Positions 12,432 to 24,400 of a stretch of 64,000 nucleotides of DNA are shown here, piece by piece (position 1 is the stretch's first letter; each line of letters opens with the position of its first letter). The stretch is from Thalia democratica (lineage: Eukaryota), in NCBI GenBank assembly GCA_965202585.1, contig OZ241827.1, forward strand, positions 21,266,001 to 21,330,000, given 5' to 3'. Position numbers and translations under genes: made by a program. The notes below the pieces were generated by a model that made no database searches, was not told the DNA's origin, and saw only the letters and a list, made by a program, of their open reading frames with translations.

Positions 12432-15400
12432 CTGCAAAAAAAAAAAGGTCAAAATTCTATAACAATCTTGTTTAAAAAAAAGGTAACTTATAATTTAGCT
12501 GTAAACATTCTTGCAAGATCGGAGCCGTTTCGATTTAAATTGTAAAAACGTATGTGAAGCAATGTATGAACAGTGTAAACATTGAACTTTAGAACGACGC
12601 GGTAATAAGATTATACTAAGCATGTGTAATAAACACGAAATTACACGTTGTATATTCGGACGCACCGCATCAAACGACCGTGTAAGAGTTTGTTCGCAAT
12701 TTTCGCCTCGTTTTCTTTCAAGAGCCGCCCGTAACAAGCGGCACGCTCGGCGAGAAAAAGGTGCGTTGGTAAATCGTTACGTCATAATCACAAACTTGCC
12801 TCCCTTGAGGCTCGAATAAACAAAGTCGGCTGCCGTCACGCCCGGCTTGCGCTGCGCTTCAACGCCGCTTTTGTTTCCCTTGTCAACTGGGCATGCCAGA
12901 TTTTCGTGTGCGAGTTTGCCAAGTTGTTTTCAAAAAAACGTGCAGTTCTTTTGCACCGATAGTTTATTTGAAAAAATCAGAAACAGAAAACAAATTTATA
13001 ACTTAAGAAAACTCTTAAATGTTTTTATACGGCTGCACCTTTTTATGATTTCTATATCAAGCAAAGACGTTTGCAAAGTTAAAACTAAACTACTTACTCT
13101 GATTATCAGTGGGACACTTCTGCGTGTTGCACGTTTTTCGAATCGGGGGTTTTTCTCCGGCCCGGCACTTGGTCGAGGGTCGTCCGAAAAGCAGGCATCT
13201 GACAATTCGCATCTGGAAGCCGCCTCCGCAGCTTACCGAACACTGTTAACAAATTAAATTTTTTATTGTGTTTTTTACTAAACATTACTTTTAAACAGCG
13301 AAAAAATACAGTGAACTTCTGAAGGCTAGGTATGATAATTGTTTGTGTTTATAGTATTAAATGTGAAAACAAAGAAGCGTCTCTGTTAGTTCGGTTTTTT
13401 TCTTGACTTTGTAAAAAAAACAACGTAATTCAAACAGAACAAAGTTTCACTTGTACATGCTCAATTGTGTAAAGTTTACTTTCAAACGCCAAAATTCCCC
13501 AGAACGTTGGTTACGTAAGAATAGGTTTCTTGTGTGTTTTTCACGAGCGTTTAGCATGGCAGCAATTACAAAAAGCTGATTATTTTACACGGCTTAATCT
13601 GACAAAAGGCCGTTTGCTTGCCGAATGAACAAAAGTAAATTCCAAGCTTTCGGCCGACTTCTACGAATATGTTACTCTCTTTTTCCTTGTAAAAGTATTT
13701 CTTAAAAACGGTTGCGGGTTTTTTTTTGGCGGAAAAAGCAAAATATTTCGGCGATATTAACCTTATTTAATGAAAAAGTCAACACAAAACGTGTTTAATT
13801 GAACAGATTATTTTATTTGTGTAAAACATTACATACTTTTTATAGTAACTTGTAATTATTTTTAGACCCTTTGAACTTTATTGAAATGTTAATAGATTTT
13901 GAAAAATTTAGTTCATCAAATTATTGTTATATTTATTTTTGTTTTATTACTAAATGTATTGATTTTTTTAGTAATACCAAAACAATTAAACATTGATTAA
14001 TTTTTAAAAATTCAGCTGCTTCTAAAGATTTCTAAACTCGTTCAAATACAAAAAATAGCACAATACTTAACTACTCTGAGAAGGTTATTTAGTCACTTTC
14101 ATAGTACAACAGCCTAAAAACATAGAACTCTGTTGATTTTTTTAACAAAATAAACATTACCTGCTGCCAGTTCCCAGTGATCCAGCTGGATTCGGTCAAG
14201 CTGGTCTGCAGTGCCGCGCCCCTGTCCTCGTTGATCGACACTTTGATCCTCCGTAGCAGCTCAGTCGTCGTACTAGTTGTAGTAGTCGGCCTGGTCGTTG
14301 TCGTCGTCGTAGTCGTGGGCCTCACGGTGGTGGTAGTTGTCGTGGCAACGGTGGTCGTGGTGGTCGTCAGCGGCGGGCACTCGCGGACGAGGCAGGTCGC
14401 GGTCCGGTTCGCCTTCCAGTTCTTGGGCTTCTTCAGCCTCTTGCACCGCTTGCTGCGCACGTGGTAGACCTTGCCGGTGGACGACTTGTAGGTACACTTG
14501 AGCTGACGACGCTTCACTCCCTCGTCGCACGACTGGGAGCACTGCAGAAAAATAATTAATTAATTAAATATACGTATAAAATATAAATATTTTATAAATA
14601 AACATATATATATATAAATACAAATAATGCTGCGCAAAATTTGATGTTGAAAACTAATTTTTTGAAAATCATAAATTAATAAAAATGACATTGTCAAGAT
14701 GAGCTATAAGTTATTTTCGTTCATTTTTTCTTAGTTTTTGTTTTCAATTGTTCTAAGATCGCAATTAGTGGTTCACAAGTTGACAAAAGATTTGCAGGTT
14801 AACCGCTCTTCGCAGTAAACCGCTGCAGCAGAAAGCAAACGAAACACAGCTTAGCAAAATAGGGAGAATTTTCGCATTGTTTTAAGTGGGAGGTTTTTCG
14901 CGCTGCAACTTTTGTGTGTGTGAGGTTTATTTGCGCACTTTTCTGTAAACTTCCTGTTTCGAGAAAGTAAACTGCAAACAAAAACATGATTTGGCTCCTC
15001 TCTAACTTTTCAATTTCTGCAGCTGAATATAAACACTAAAAAAGTTGTTTTAGGACATTTTGGAAATTAATATTTACAATTTGCAACTTTTTTTACGTTG
15101 AGTAGATTTGGCAATAGTTGGCACTTTTTGTTGCAATTTTAAATAGTTTGTGAACTTTACAAAATCGTCAAAAGTTTTCTTTTTGAAAATTATTTACATT
15201 AAGTCATACTAATACTAGACTTTTTACTTTCAGCGGATTAAGCCCAAGCTAAGTCTTTCATTTAACCGATTAAGAGATTTCAGATTTAGTTCAGTAGGCC
15301 AAAGCCTCTTTCATGTAAACACAGCCTGTGTGCTTTTATTGAGCAAATAATTTAATTACATTAGTGTTTGCAAACTTCTCAAAAGGCCATCTAGGGGTGT

Positions 15401-18400
15401 TTGGCAGCGATTTTCAACTTTTAGTAGCTCTTATCTAAATCATGAATCCCCGGCAATTTTCAATTTCGCTTTGAACTTTGAATGAAGAGCACGAACGCCG
15501 CTTTTCATGTCTAAAACAGAGGCTTACGTTATTGTTTATGTTTTTGTTTTCGCGGAAGTTTGTATTGCAAAGAAAAAAAAAGTATAAATCAAGAAAAGTG
15601 TTCCTAGTAGAAGGAGTTGCAAGGCTTTTAGTTTGCAGAAGTCTTGCAAAAAACAAGGACTGTAGTAAGCTTCGAAAAGAGTAACTTTAAAATAAAATGC
15701 CTTAAATATTAACAAGCGTTTATAGGAAAACTACAAACACTAACTATAAAAAAACATTGAAGTCAACAAAAATTTAAAAAAATATTTTTTTCAAAATAAA
15801 ATCACTTGTAAGCTAAAAAATAGATCTGTTTTTAATAGAATAATGTAGCACAAATTTATATGAATTAAAAGTTTTAAGTCGTAAATAACATAATATAACC
15901 AACTTGTCCCCACGAGTTCCACTGCCAGTAGAACTTTTTGAAGCGGCACTTTCTGATGACGCACCTCTGCCTGCTCTTCGGTTTGATGCTGACGTCACAG
16001 TTGGAACTTGTCATTGTGTGCAGGCCCGACTGGCAGAACACCGTTCTGTGCTTGTACCCCCTGCCGCACCTTCTTGAACACTGTAACAAAAATTGATGTT
16101 GGATTTTATAAATTATAGAAAGTTATCAAAGTAAAATTTATTAACATTCATATTATGTTATCTTCTTGTATTGGCTAAATACACTATTTAAACAATTTAC
16201 CAAATTAAAGCATATTTAAGTTGTTTGAAAATTTTTTGCGTTTACAAAAATTAATTGCCTCATAAAAAAACATAACATAAGTTGAAAACTTTAAATAAGA
16301 TTTAATTGTACTTTGATAACAAATTGCATGAGTACTTTTTATTTCTATTTGAAAATCAATACTAAAAATAAAGTATTAATGAATAATCATCAAAGGAAGT
16401 AGTGCTTGATAAGTTAGGCTGCAAAGCATTAAGGTAACTTACTTGAAAATAGAACTAACTGACCTATGAAAATGAAAGTGATTAACTAATATTAACAGTC
16501 AGCTTGTTTATTTGTACAAATTAATCCTAGTTTAATTACTTCCAATTAGGCTACTGGTGTTGCAAATCAGGAAAATTGACTTTAGTTCATGTTGAACGGT
16601 AGTTAGAAGATGTTACAAACTAGTTTTACTTCTTGTTAGGTAATGAGCTTATTTTTGTAAACTGTAACATGTTATTCTACAAGTAATTTCACATGGATAA
16701 TTGATTTGCTTAAATGCTTCGCTAAAATTCGAGTATGTTTTCCAAAACAGTATTATACAAGTTTTTTTTTTCTTCTGTAACCAGCTTAAGTTATCATTTA
16801 GTTAAAAATTTGGTTTTAACCGCTAAAGTGATTAATATCACTTCAGCTTCACAATTTATTTGTTTTGAAACTATTTCGATTTCCTTTCGCTTAATCAAAA
16901 GCACACAAACTAAGTTTACGGTAACTTTCACAAATTCGGTTGTACCACAGAATGACATGTTGTTAAAAACTTCACAATATTATAACGTTCGGAGTGGCAG
17001 CATTTCTTTTAGTTTTGAAAACAAACATTTTTTTTGAGTGACTGGTTGTTAAATTCGTAAAGCTTATGCACTGCGAAAATAACCAGACTAGTAAAAATAA
17101 ACATTAAGCTACTCTGTCCTTGGATAAGTTAAAGTTTTTCAGTTAAACATCTTCACACTCATCAACACCGAGAGGTTAGACTTTTAAAGTTTTCACGTTT
17201 AATGTTTTTTAAAAACTTTTCAAGCTTCAACCTGGGTAAAGTTAAATAATATAATTAAACAAGCCCAATTCCCTATTTGTGCAATAAAAGTTTAATAAAA
17301 ACATTTAAACCTAACAAAACAAGTTTGAATAGTGTCACAACCAACCTTGGACCAGGGGCCGGTGTGCCACTGGGCGGGGCAGTTGTCCTCCCTGCACGTT
17401 TGCGTCCGCTGCGGCTTGCTGGCCATGTCGCACTCGTAATGGGGGAATATGTTGTCGCCGTACTGCGTCAGCCTCATGCACTTCACCTGCCTCGATTGTA
17501 TGCCGCCGCCGCAGCTCCTGCTGCATTCGCCCCAGTTATCCGACGCCCATCTGGATAAATGCGAATTTTTAAATAAAAGTGAGAAACGTTGTAGTGTCAC
17601 TACAACACTTTTACAATCATGAAAAAAAAAATTATTAAGATAATTCTAATTTTAGTTATCAACTACTCGTAGACTGTCATAGTGTTTACATACTTTTGAA
17701 ACGTTTAAAGTTCTAACAAAATCGTTGGACTCTATCCAGTTTGCATGCACCGAATTTATGCAACTCTTATTAAAGCACACAGGGCATTTTTTTCTCACCT
17801 GGCTTCACAATCCTGAGTGTTGCACCTTCTCGAAACCACGGTTGGTTTTTCAGACGATTTGCAGTAGTAACCGGAAACGACCTCTTCCTTTTGAACTACG
17901 CCTTTCAGTGTTCGCCTCCTCAGGCAGCTTACTTGGAGCGTTTGAGATCCTTTAAACCATGAAAACGTTAGTTATTCGCAAACAAGTAGTGCATAAAGTT
18001 TAAAAACACTAAATTATGTCTTTTAACAACGATTTACATTGAAAAGTTCCGGGAAAATTCAGACAATAAAAGGTAAATTTTAGTTATTCCATCCGTCAAT
18101 TTACGGGGTAAAAAACATACAATTTTCCAGCCTAATTAACTCAATTTTGCGCATTAAACTAGCTTCACGTAGGAAAGCTAAGTACGAGCACCGGAAGAAA
18201 TTTTCGACAAAATAAATCAATTAGAAGCAAGCTGCAATTCAGAGCGTCAAGTTAAACTTGAACGGCCGGTAATCGCTTTAAAACTGTGACGTCATAATCC
18301 GCTGTGAATTGCTACCAGCGCGCTGAGTTTGTAAAAAGGTCGCGGGTCAAGAAGCTAATAGATGTTTATACCAATTGTGCTAATTCTTCCAACACTTTAA

Positions 18401-21400
18401 ATTCTCACACTAACATGTTTTTTGTATTTGCGCTTTGAAATCGTTTCAAGCATTAGCATATGTAAGTTTTGCAAGCTTTTTCAACTTGTACATTCATAAA
18501 CTCTTTAGCAATTACCATTAGAAGTTCTCGGCTTTTACAAACTTTAGTTAGAAAAAATATAAATATTGCAATTTCTATAAAGGTGCAGAGTAGAATACTA
18601 AAATGTTTTAGTCAAATGATAAAAAAGGAGTAAAATATTGACTGATCGTTTGAATTATTTACTATCTTACATAATCTTAGGATTATTGTTGTTCGGAAAA
18701 ATGTTCCGTACTATTATACCAAACTATTTTCAAGATATTTCTAAGCCAAACATAAGCTATGTTTGCTAGTTAAATGCGTGTTTACTTAGCTTAATTGAAC
18801 TTGTTTTGTTTAAACACATTAAACAATGTTATTAAGCCGTCAGATCAAACAGCTACCTACAGCTTCTTATCTAAAACTTTATTTTTAATCTGAGAGTTAC
18901 TGATAAATTTTCACTAAAACGTTTATTGGCTGTCATAATCTAGTCAAACTTAGTTTGTTAGGTTCATTAAAAAAGCTACTGTTTGCCTTATGTAGTTATT
19001 AAAACAATTTTTTTTATTAAAATAAGTTGATCAAAAAATTATATTCGACAAAGTTTCAACAACAGAGTTATGCAAGTATCATTCAAATAAAACCTCCGGC
19101 GCAAGACTTGGTGCATTGCGAGTGAGTTTTGTTCCAAACGTAGGTTTCAATGGGAGCAGCCAACTCGTGCTCGTACACCATCAGTATTCTGGGTTGATTG
19201 AATATTTTCTTTCTCGTCGTGTAAGAATACAGTATTCCCGGGTTTTCGGTCACAACCAAAATCTGTTTTTGTAGAAATGTTGTTAAACATTTTTTTTTAA
19301 CTTGCAGTTTTATAAAAATAAAAAAACCTGCTAAAAAGGTAATAATGTATACTTTATAGTCAGCAGATTAAAATAAAATAAATTGTTTTTAGTATATATA
19401 TATTTTTAAATTTTTATTTGTGAACACCATAAAAATGTTATGCACCTAAAAATTTGGTGTTTTGTCATTTATTTTGATTGATCGTAAAACAATATACTTA
19501 TAAAACAAAAAAAATATATATATATTTATTTTATAACATTACAATTCTAACTACTAATCGCACAAAAAACATAACAGTACCTCGATAATGAGATCTTGGT
19601 CAATGGGACCGTCGGTTGACAGCGATTCGCTGTGGTAAGGCATTCGGTTGTAGTTCCACTGGCTGCCGGCAAACTTGCGGTCTCCGTGAAGGTTCACTGC
19701 CCAGTTTCCGTTCAGAAAGTATCTGTTCGATAAACGAGTTTAATGTTGTTTGCTGAGTTAGCTGTTTGTTGTTATCATTGGATAGTTGTAAATCAGTTTT
19801 AGTTTCATTTATGGTGATTTTGTATTTATTTCAAACGATTTTTCTTTAATTGCAAACTTGCAATACTAGTTATTTGAAAATGTCTGGAAGTAAAAAATCT
19901 TAATTATTCAACACGAGAAAAGTTTTGTATTGTTATACCTAAAATGCATTTTAGAACGCTCCTAAAGATAAAACTTGAACAAAAAATGAATTGGTTATAC
20001 CTTTAAACATAGTTTTAGGCACATTTTTGTCTAAAATATTGAAGTTATTTTGTTGAAAACATTTCAAACAAAAAAAATATTGTGCTTATCTTTTCTATTG
20101 TTGCCTGCTTTAAACATGATTAAACCAGCTTATAAAAAAATAAACAAGAGGAATGCAGAACAAAAAGAAAATCGATTGAAGTTTTGCGTTGAAAAATTCA
20201 AGAAATTGAAAAATTCGAAAGAGCTTTGTAGAAGTTTACATAAAAAAATAGCTTACTTGGGATTTCTCGGGTTGGTGTTTTTCACTGCTACGTAGCTGTG
20301 AGTGCAGCACCTCTTCTCTCTGATTTCAATTTTCCTGGCCCCCTTCGGAATGCGAACGACTTTGTAGTAGCCTGTGCGAAGCAAGTTAAGTTAAAAACAG
20401 GCGAGCAGCTAACTACAAATTCTAACAATTTTGCGAACTTGACGCGCGCCGGTTTTAATTACATCACTTCTTTTCGCTGCTGAGCGCGTTTTAATTTTCA
20501 GCTTTCTTCTGATTTCAGCTGGACCGAGTTGAAATAGGTTTTTGAAACAACAAGCTTGTAAAGGTCATTAATTTTAATGTATTTAGTTAATAGCAATTGA
20601 TAATCGAGCGGTCGGAATGTCTACAAAGTAGTTAGAGTGCATAAAGTTTTAAAAACACGAAATGGTTAATCACTATTTTTTTTTATTCAATTTTACTACG
20701 AGTTTAACATTGTTAAAAATAACATTTTATATTAAAGTTCTTCATAAGTAAATAAAATTTTTATACCTCTGATTCTAAAACTTAAAGACGAAGGCTTAAA
20801 CTCATTACATAACTTTAACCTAACTAAAGTTAGTTTCTCAATTTTTTTACAAGATTTTCTAGTTCAAAAAGCTCGTTTTTTTATGTTAGCAATAAAATCT
20901 TCAAAATTGCTTAATCCAATAAAGTTTTATTGTCAAACCGGTTACAAAAAATAAAAAAGCAAATGAAAAAAACAGTAAACTGATGTTTGCTAACAAGCAT
21001 GCGGTACAATTTTATAACGAAAATATTTATAGCATGCTCAATAAAAAAAGTGTACTTGTAATGTGAAAAAGTATATAACATTCAAACTGCTTTTATTAAG
21101 CCGATTACGTTGGTTTATTTAAATGTTGCTTAGTAAATTAAGATAGTTGGTTTTATTTACTGTATGACTTCAGAAAAAGCGGTTAAAGCTTTTGCTTGCC
21201 ACTTAATGCAAGTAAATTTATTTTAACGTAAATTAAATATAATTTTAATTTAATATGTTTTTATACCTTTACTCATGTGTTGCAAAGATTTTTTGAAATT
21301 ATTTTTATTGAAATTTTATCTCTTCTTACTTTTAAAATAATCAACTAAAACTAGCACCATCCATCACTTATTACAAAAAAAAACCACCAAAGCTAAGCAG

Positions 21401-24400
21401 TTGGTTTGTACAAAAGATTACATGATAGTAAGAGGATGAGCGACAAATATTTATACGAGTTTACACAGCCATCTGCTAATTAAATCTGAGAAACGTGCAG
21501 GCTGGGAACATCTTTGCGAAAAACAGCGGCTGGCATTAGCGAAACGTAAACACGGCAGTTCAAGCTGACATAATGCTGAAAGTCGCCTAATCTTCACCTG
21601 TGAAACGCGACTTACCGCTGTTGATGACTTTTCTGTCGTAGACGCCGGTGTGGATCTGGCAAGTTGAATTGTCACCGTTGCAAACGCCGCACGCGTCGAT
21701 TGTCGCGTTCGAGTTTATCTTGTTGTCGCATCCCACTTTCTGTAATGACGTTTCAACTTATGTATATAATTTAAATTTAAATGTTAGGTAATTCTATTAT
21801 AAAAATAGTTAAGTATTTACTTATTTTTTGGTACTTTTCCTGAAAGTAGAGTGTAAATTGAAGCAACTTAAAAACCTGTTTTGAAATTTTTTTAACTCGG
21901 TTTTATGTAGATATTTACTTATAAAAAGTTTGTCTCAATTTCCCAACTAAACTAATTAATTAGTATTCGTCTAGTGTAGAAAAAAGCATTGTTGATGTAA
22001 TTGTTTTAATTTGAATGGCTCATTAGTCTTTTTATTATTAATTTCCTTAAAGCAAAAATAATATTGTGGTTAAAGATAATGTCGGTTTTGTTAAACGACT
22101 TCTTTGACTTGCATTTATTTACTTCTAGCTAACTATTTATTAATTTTATAACTGATTAGATCAATAAGCATAAATTCAATCGAAAAAATTTTCATGTTAA
22201 GAAATTCAAAGCAGTTAGTTGTTCATGTATGAAATATGACGTTATAATGTAAAGTAACAATGTAATTTTCAATAAACGTGGTTAACTTTGAGTTCGGCGC
22301 TAATTATAATTTTAATTAAAGTGGTACACTAACTAATGATAATTTCTAAAGTCAACATAGATAAATAAATATTTGGTTTGGTACTGTGTGTATCTATGTT
22401 TTATTATCTGTAATTTATATTAGAATACATGCTCATGATTTTACTAAAAGTAGTTAAAAAGTTACTTAGTTGCTAACAGTTTAGAAAGTTGAAAAAGAAT
22501 AATAACTTTGAACTTTGTTTTCATAAACTTTACTTTTATCTTTTTTAACGAGCTTTTTCAAAAAGCAATCAGCTAATTGCTAAAACCAATTTGCTAATTA
22601 GCGAGTGAAAATTTTACAATTAAGGTTTCATGGTGACAATAATTGTTTAAACAAATATGTAAACATAGACAGTTTCAGATGGCAGACTAGATAAAGCTCA
22701 AAATTGACTTTTGAGCCAAAATTTGAAAGAGTGAATTTGTTTAATAATTCAGCATAGGAAATAACCGTGAGAGTCTGACAAAGTAATAAATTATTCATAA
22801 TGTTACATTTTTAGCTCAATGTCAAATTGTTTTTATCCTCAAACTAGCTTTGTTACAAAATAACTAAAAACAAAGGTTTTTATTTCTCTGAGCAGTTGCA
22901 TTTTACTTTTACTTTAATAATTAAATACATGAGTTGATGTTTTTAGGCGCTACGTTTAAGTGAAAATATTCACACAGCTTTTTGTGCCAAAACCAAATTG
23001 TAACTTGAAAATTAATTTCAGTGTTGCTTTGTAAGTTTTCAAAACTTTATCATAGATAAAACATTAGTTTTCAAACAGACACTTAAATTTCACTAGAAAA
23101 ACTTGACCATGAAAATCTATTCAATCATAAATTAAATTTTATTTTTGTAATGTGTGAAAGATACGCTTCAAAAATTTATTTAAAACTATTGCACTAAGTA
23201 TCAGAACACTTTCGAAACTTATGCGCAAAAATAAAACCCACCAGGCACTTTCCCTGAATGCAAATCAAGTTGTTGTCGTTGGTACAAGGTGTCCCGTCTA
23301 TCACTTGGTCTGCCAGCATGTCGAAAAACCCGAAACCTTCAGCCTTACACAGCAGTTCACACTGTCCTCTACCTGAAAATACAGCTATTTTCTAAGACTT
23401 GTTTGTTATTTTTATATTTATATTATTTTTAAAACCTAGTGTCTAACGATAATACTCAGTTTTTAAGACCGTTTAAGACTTATTTTTGACCAGTTTACCA
23501 TATATGAACGTATATAAATATCCATAACGTGCATCATAATTTAAGCAGTGACACTTGTGATTACTGAAAGTTAGTTTATCAACAGAAACCTTTCATACTT
23601 TGAAGCCTTTATTTCGGCCAAAATTTACGCTATTATTCAACTTATGACCGTAAAAACGTGACTTAACTGTTAAAAGAGCTGAAGTCTTTGGTTGTAATTT
23701 ACCATGAAATCTATAAAACTTGTGTTTATACTAAGTAATTGACTATAAACATCTTAAATCTCGGTTTTTGCTTCATGGTGCTTACGTAGTTTTCAAAAAA
23801 TAGCTAAAAGTTGAGACAAAACTCTACCAACCGAAAGTAGAGAACTTGGTGAATGGCACCCATTTGTAGTAAGATCTCCTGTAGGGTTTGGAATCAAATG
23901 CAGAGCACTGCTGTTCTCTGAACGTCGTTGTTGAAGGCTCGCAGTCCTGAAAACATAATAGGTTTTTTTAAACTGTTTTTAATTAAGGAACTTTCCTTTA
24001 AAATAAAGTATGCAGATTTCAATTTTTTAAAAGTGTAAAGAACTTTTTTTCTAAATAATCGTTTTACCTGCGGGTTGCAAATATCGTACTGCTTGTCTTC
24101 TCCTCTGCAGGGAATCCCCCCAAATTGAGGCTTAGGGCTGTCACAAGTCCTTATTCGCCACCGGACGCCGCGGCCGCAAGTCCTCGTGCAAGACGACCAG
24201 CTGTCGAACTGGCTCCAGCCTCCGTTTATTCTATCAGGGACTTTTCCTAAAGTAACACACTCCCCTCTTCTGCACCACTGTTGTTTAAAGATAAAAAACT
24301 TTAAAAAAAAATCAGCTTCAATAAAGTTTGGATTATGTTTGACTTTTCTTCGACTGTATTTTTGTTTTTATTTTTTGAAGTTTTTGCTTAGTAGAACACA

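Noticed and set aside
21608-21622. Exact 15-mer CGACTTACCGCTGTT shared with 40451-40465
   Set aside because: About half is the donor consensus and similarity does not extend further, so I treat it as coincidence rather than exon duplication.
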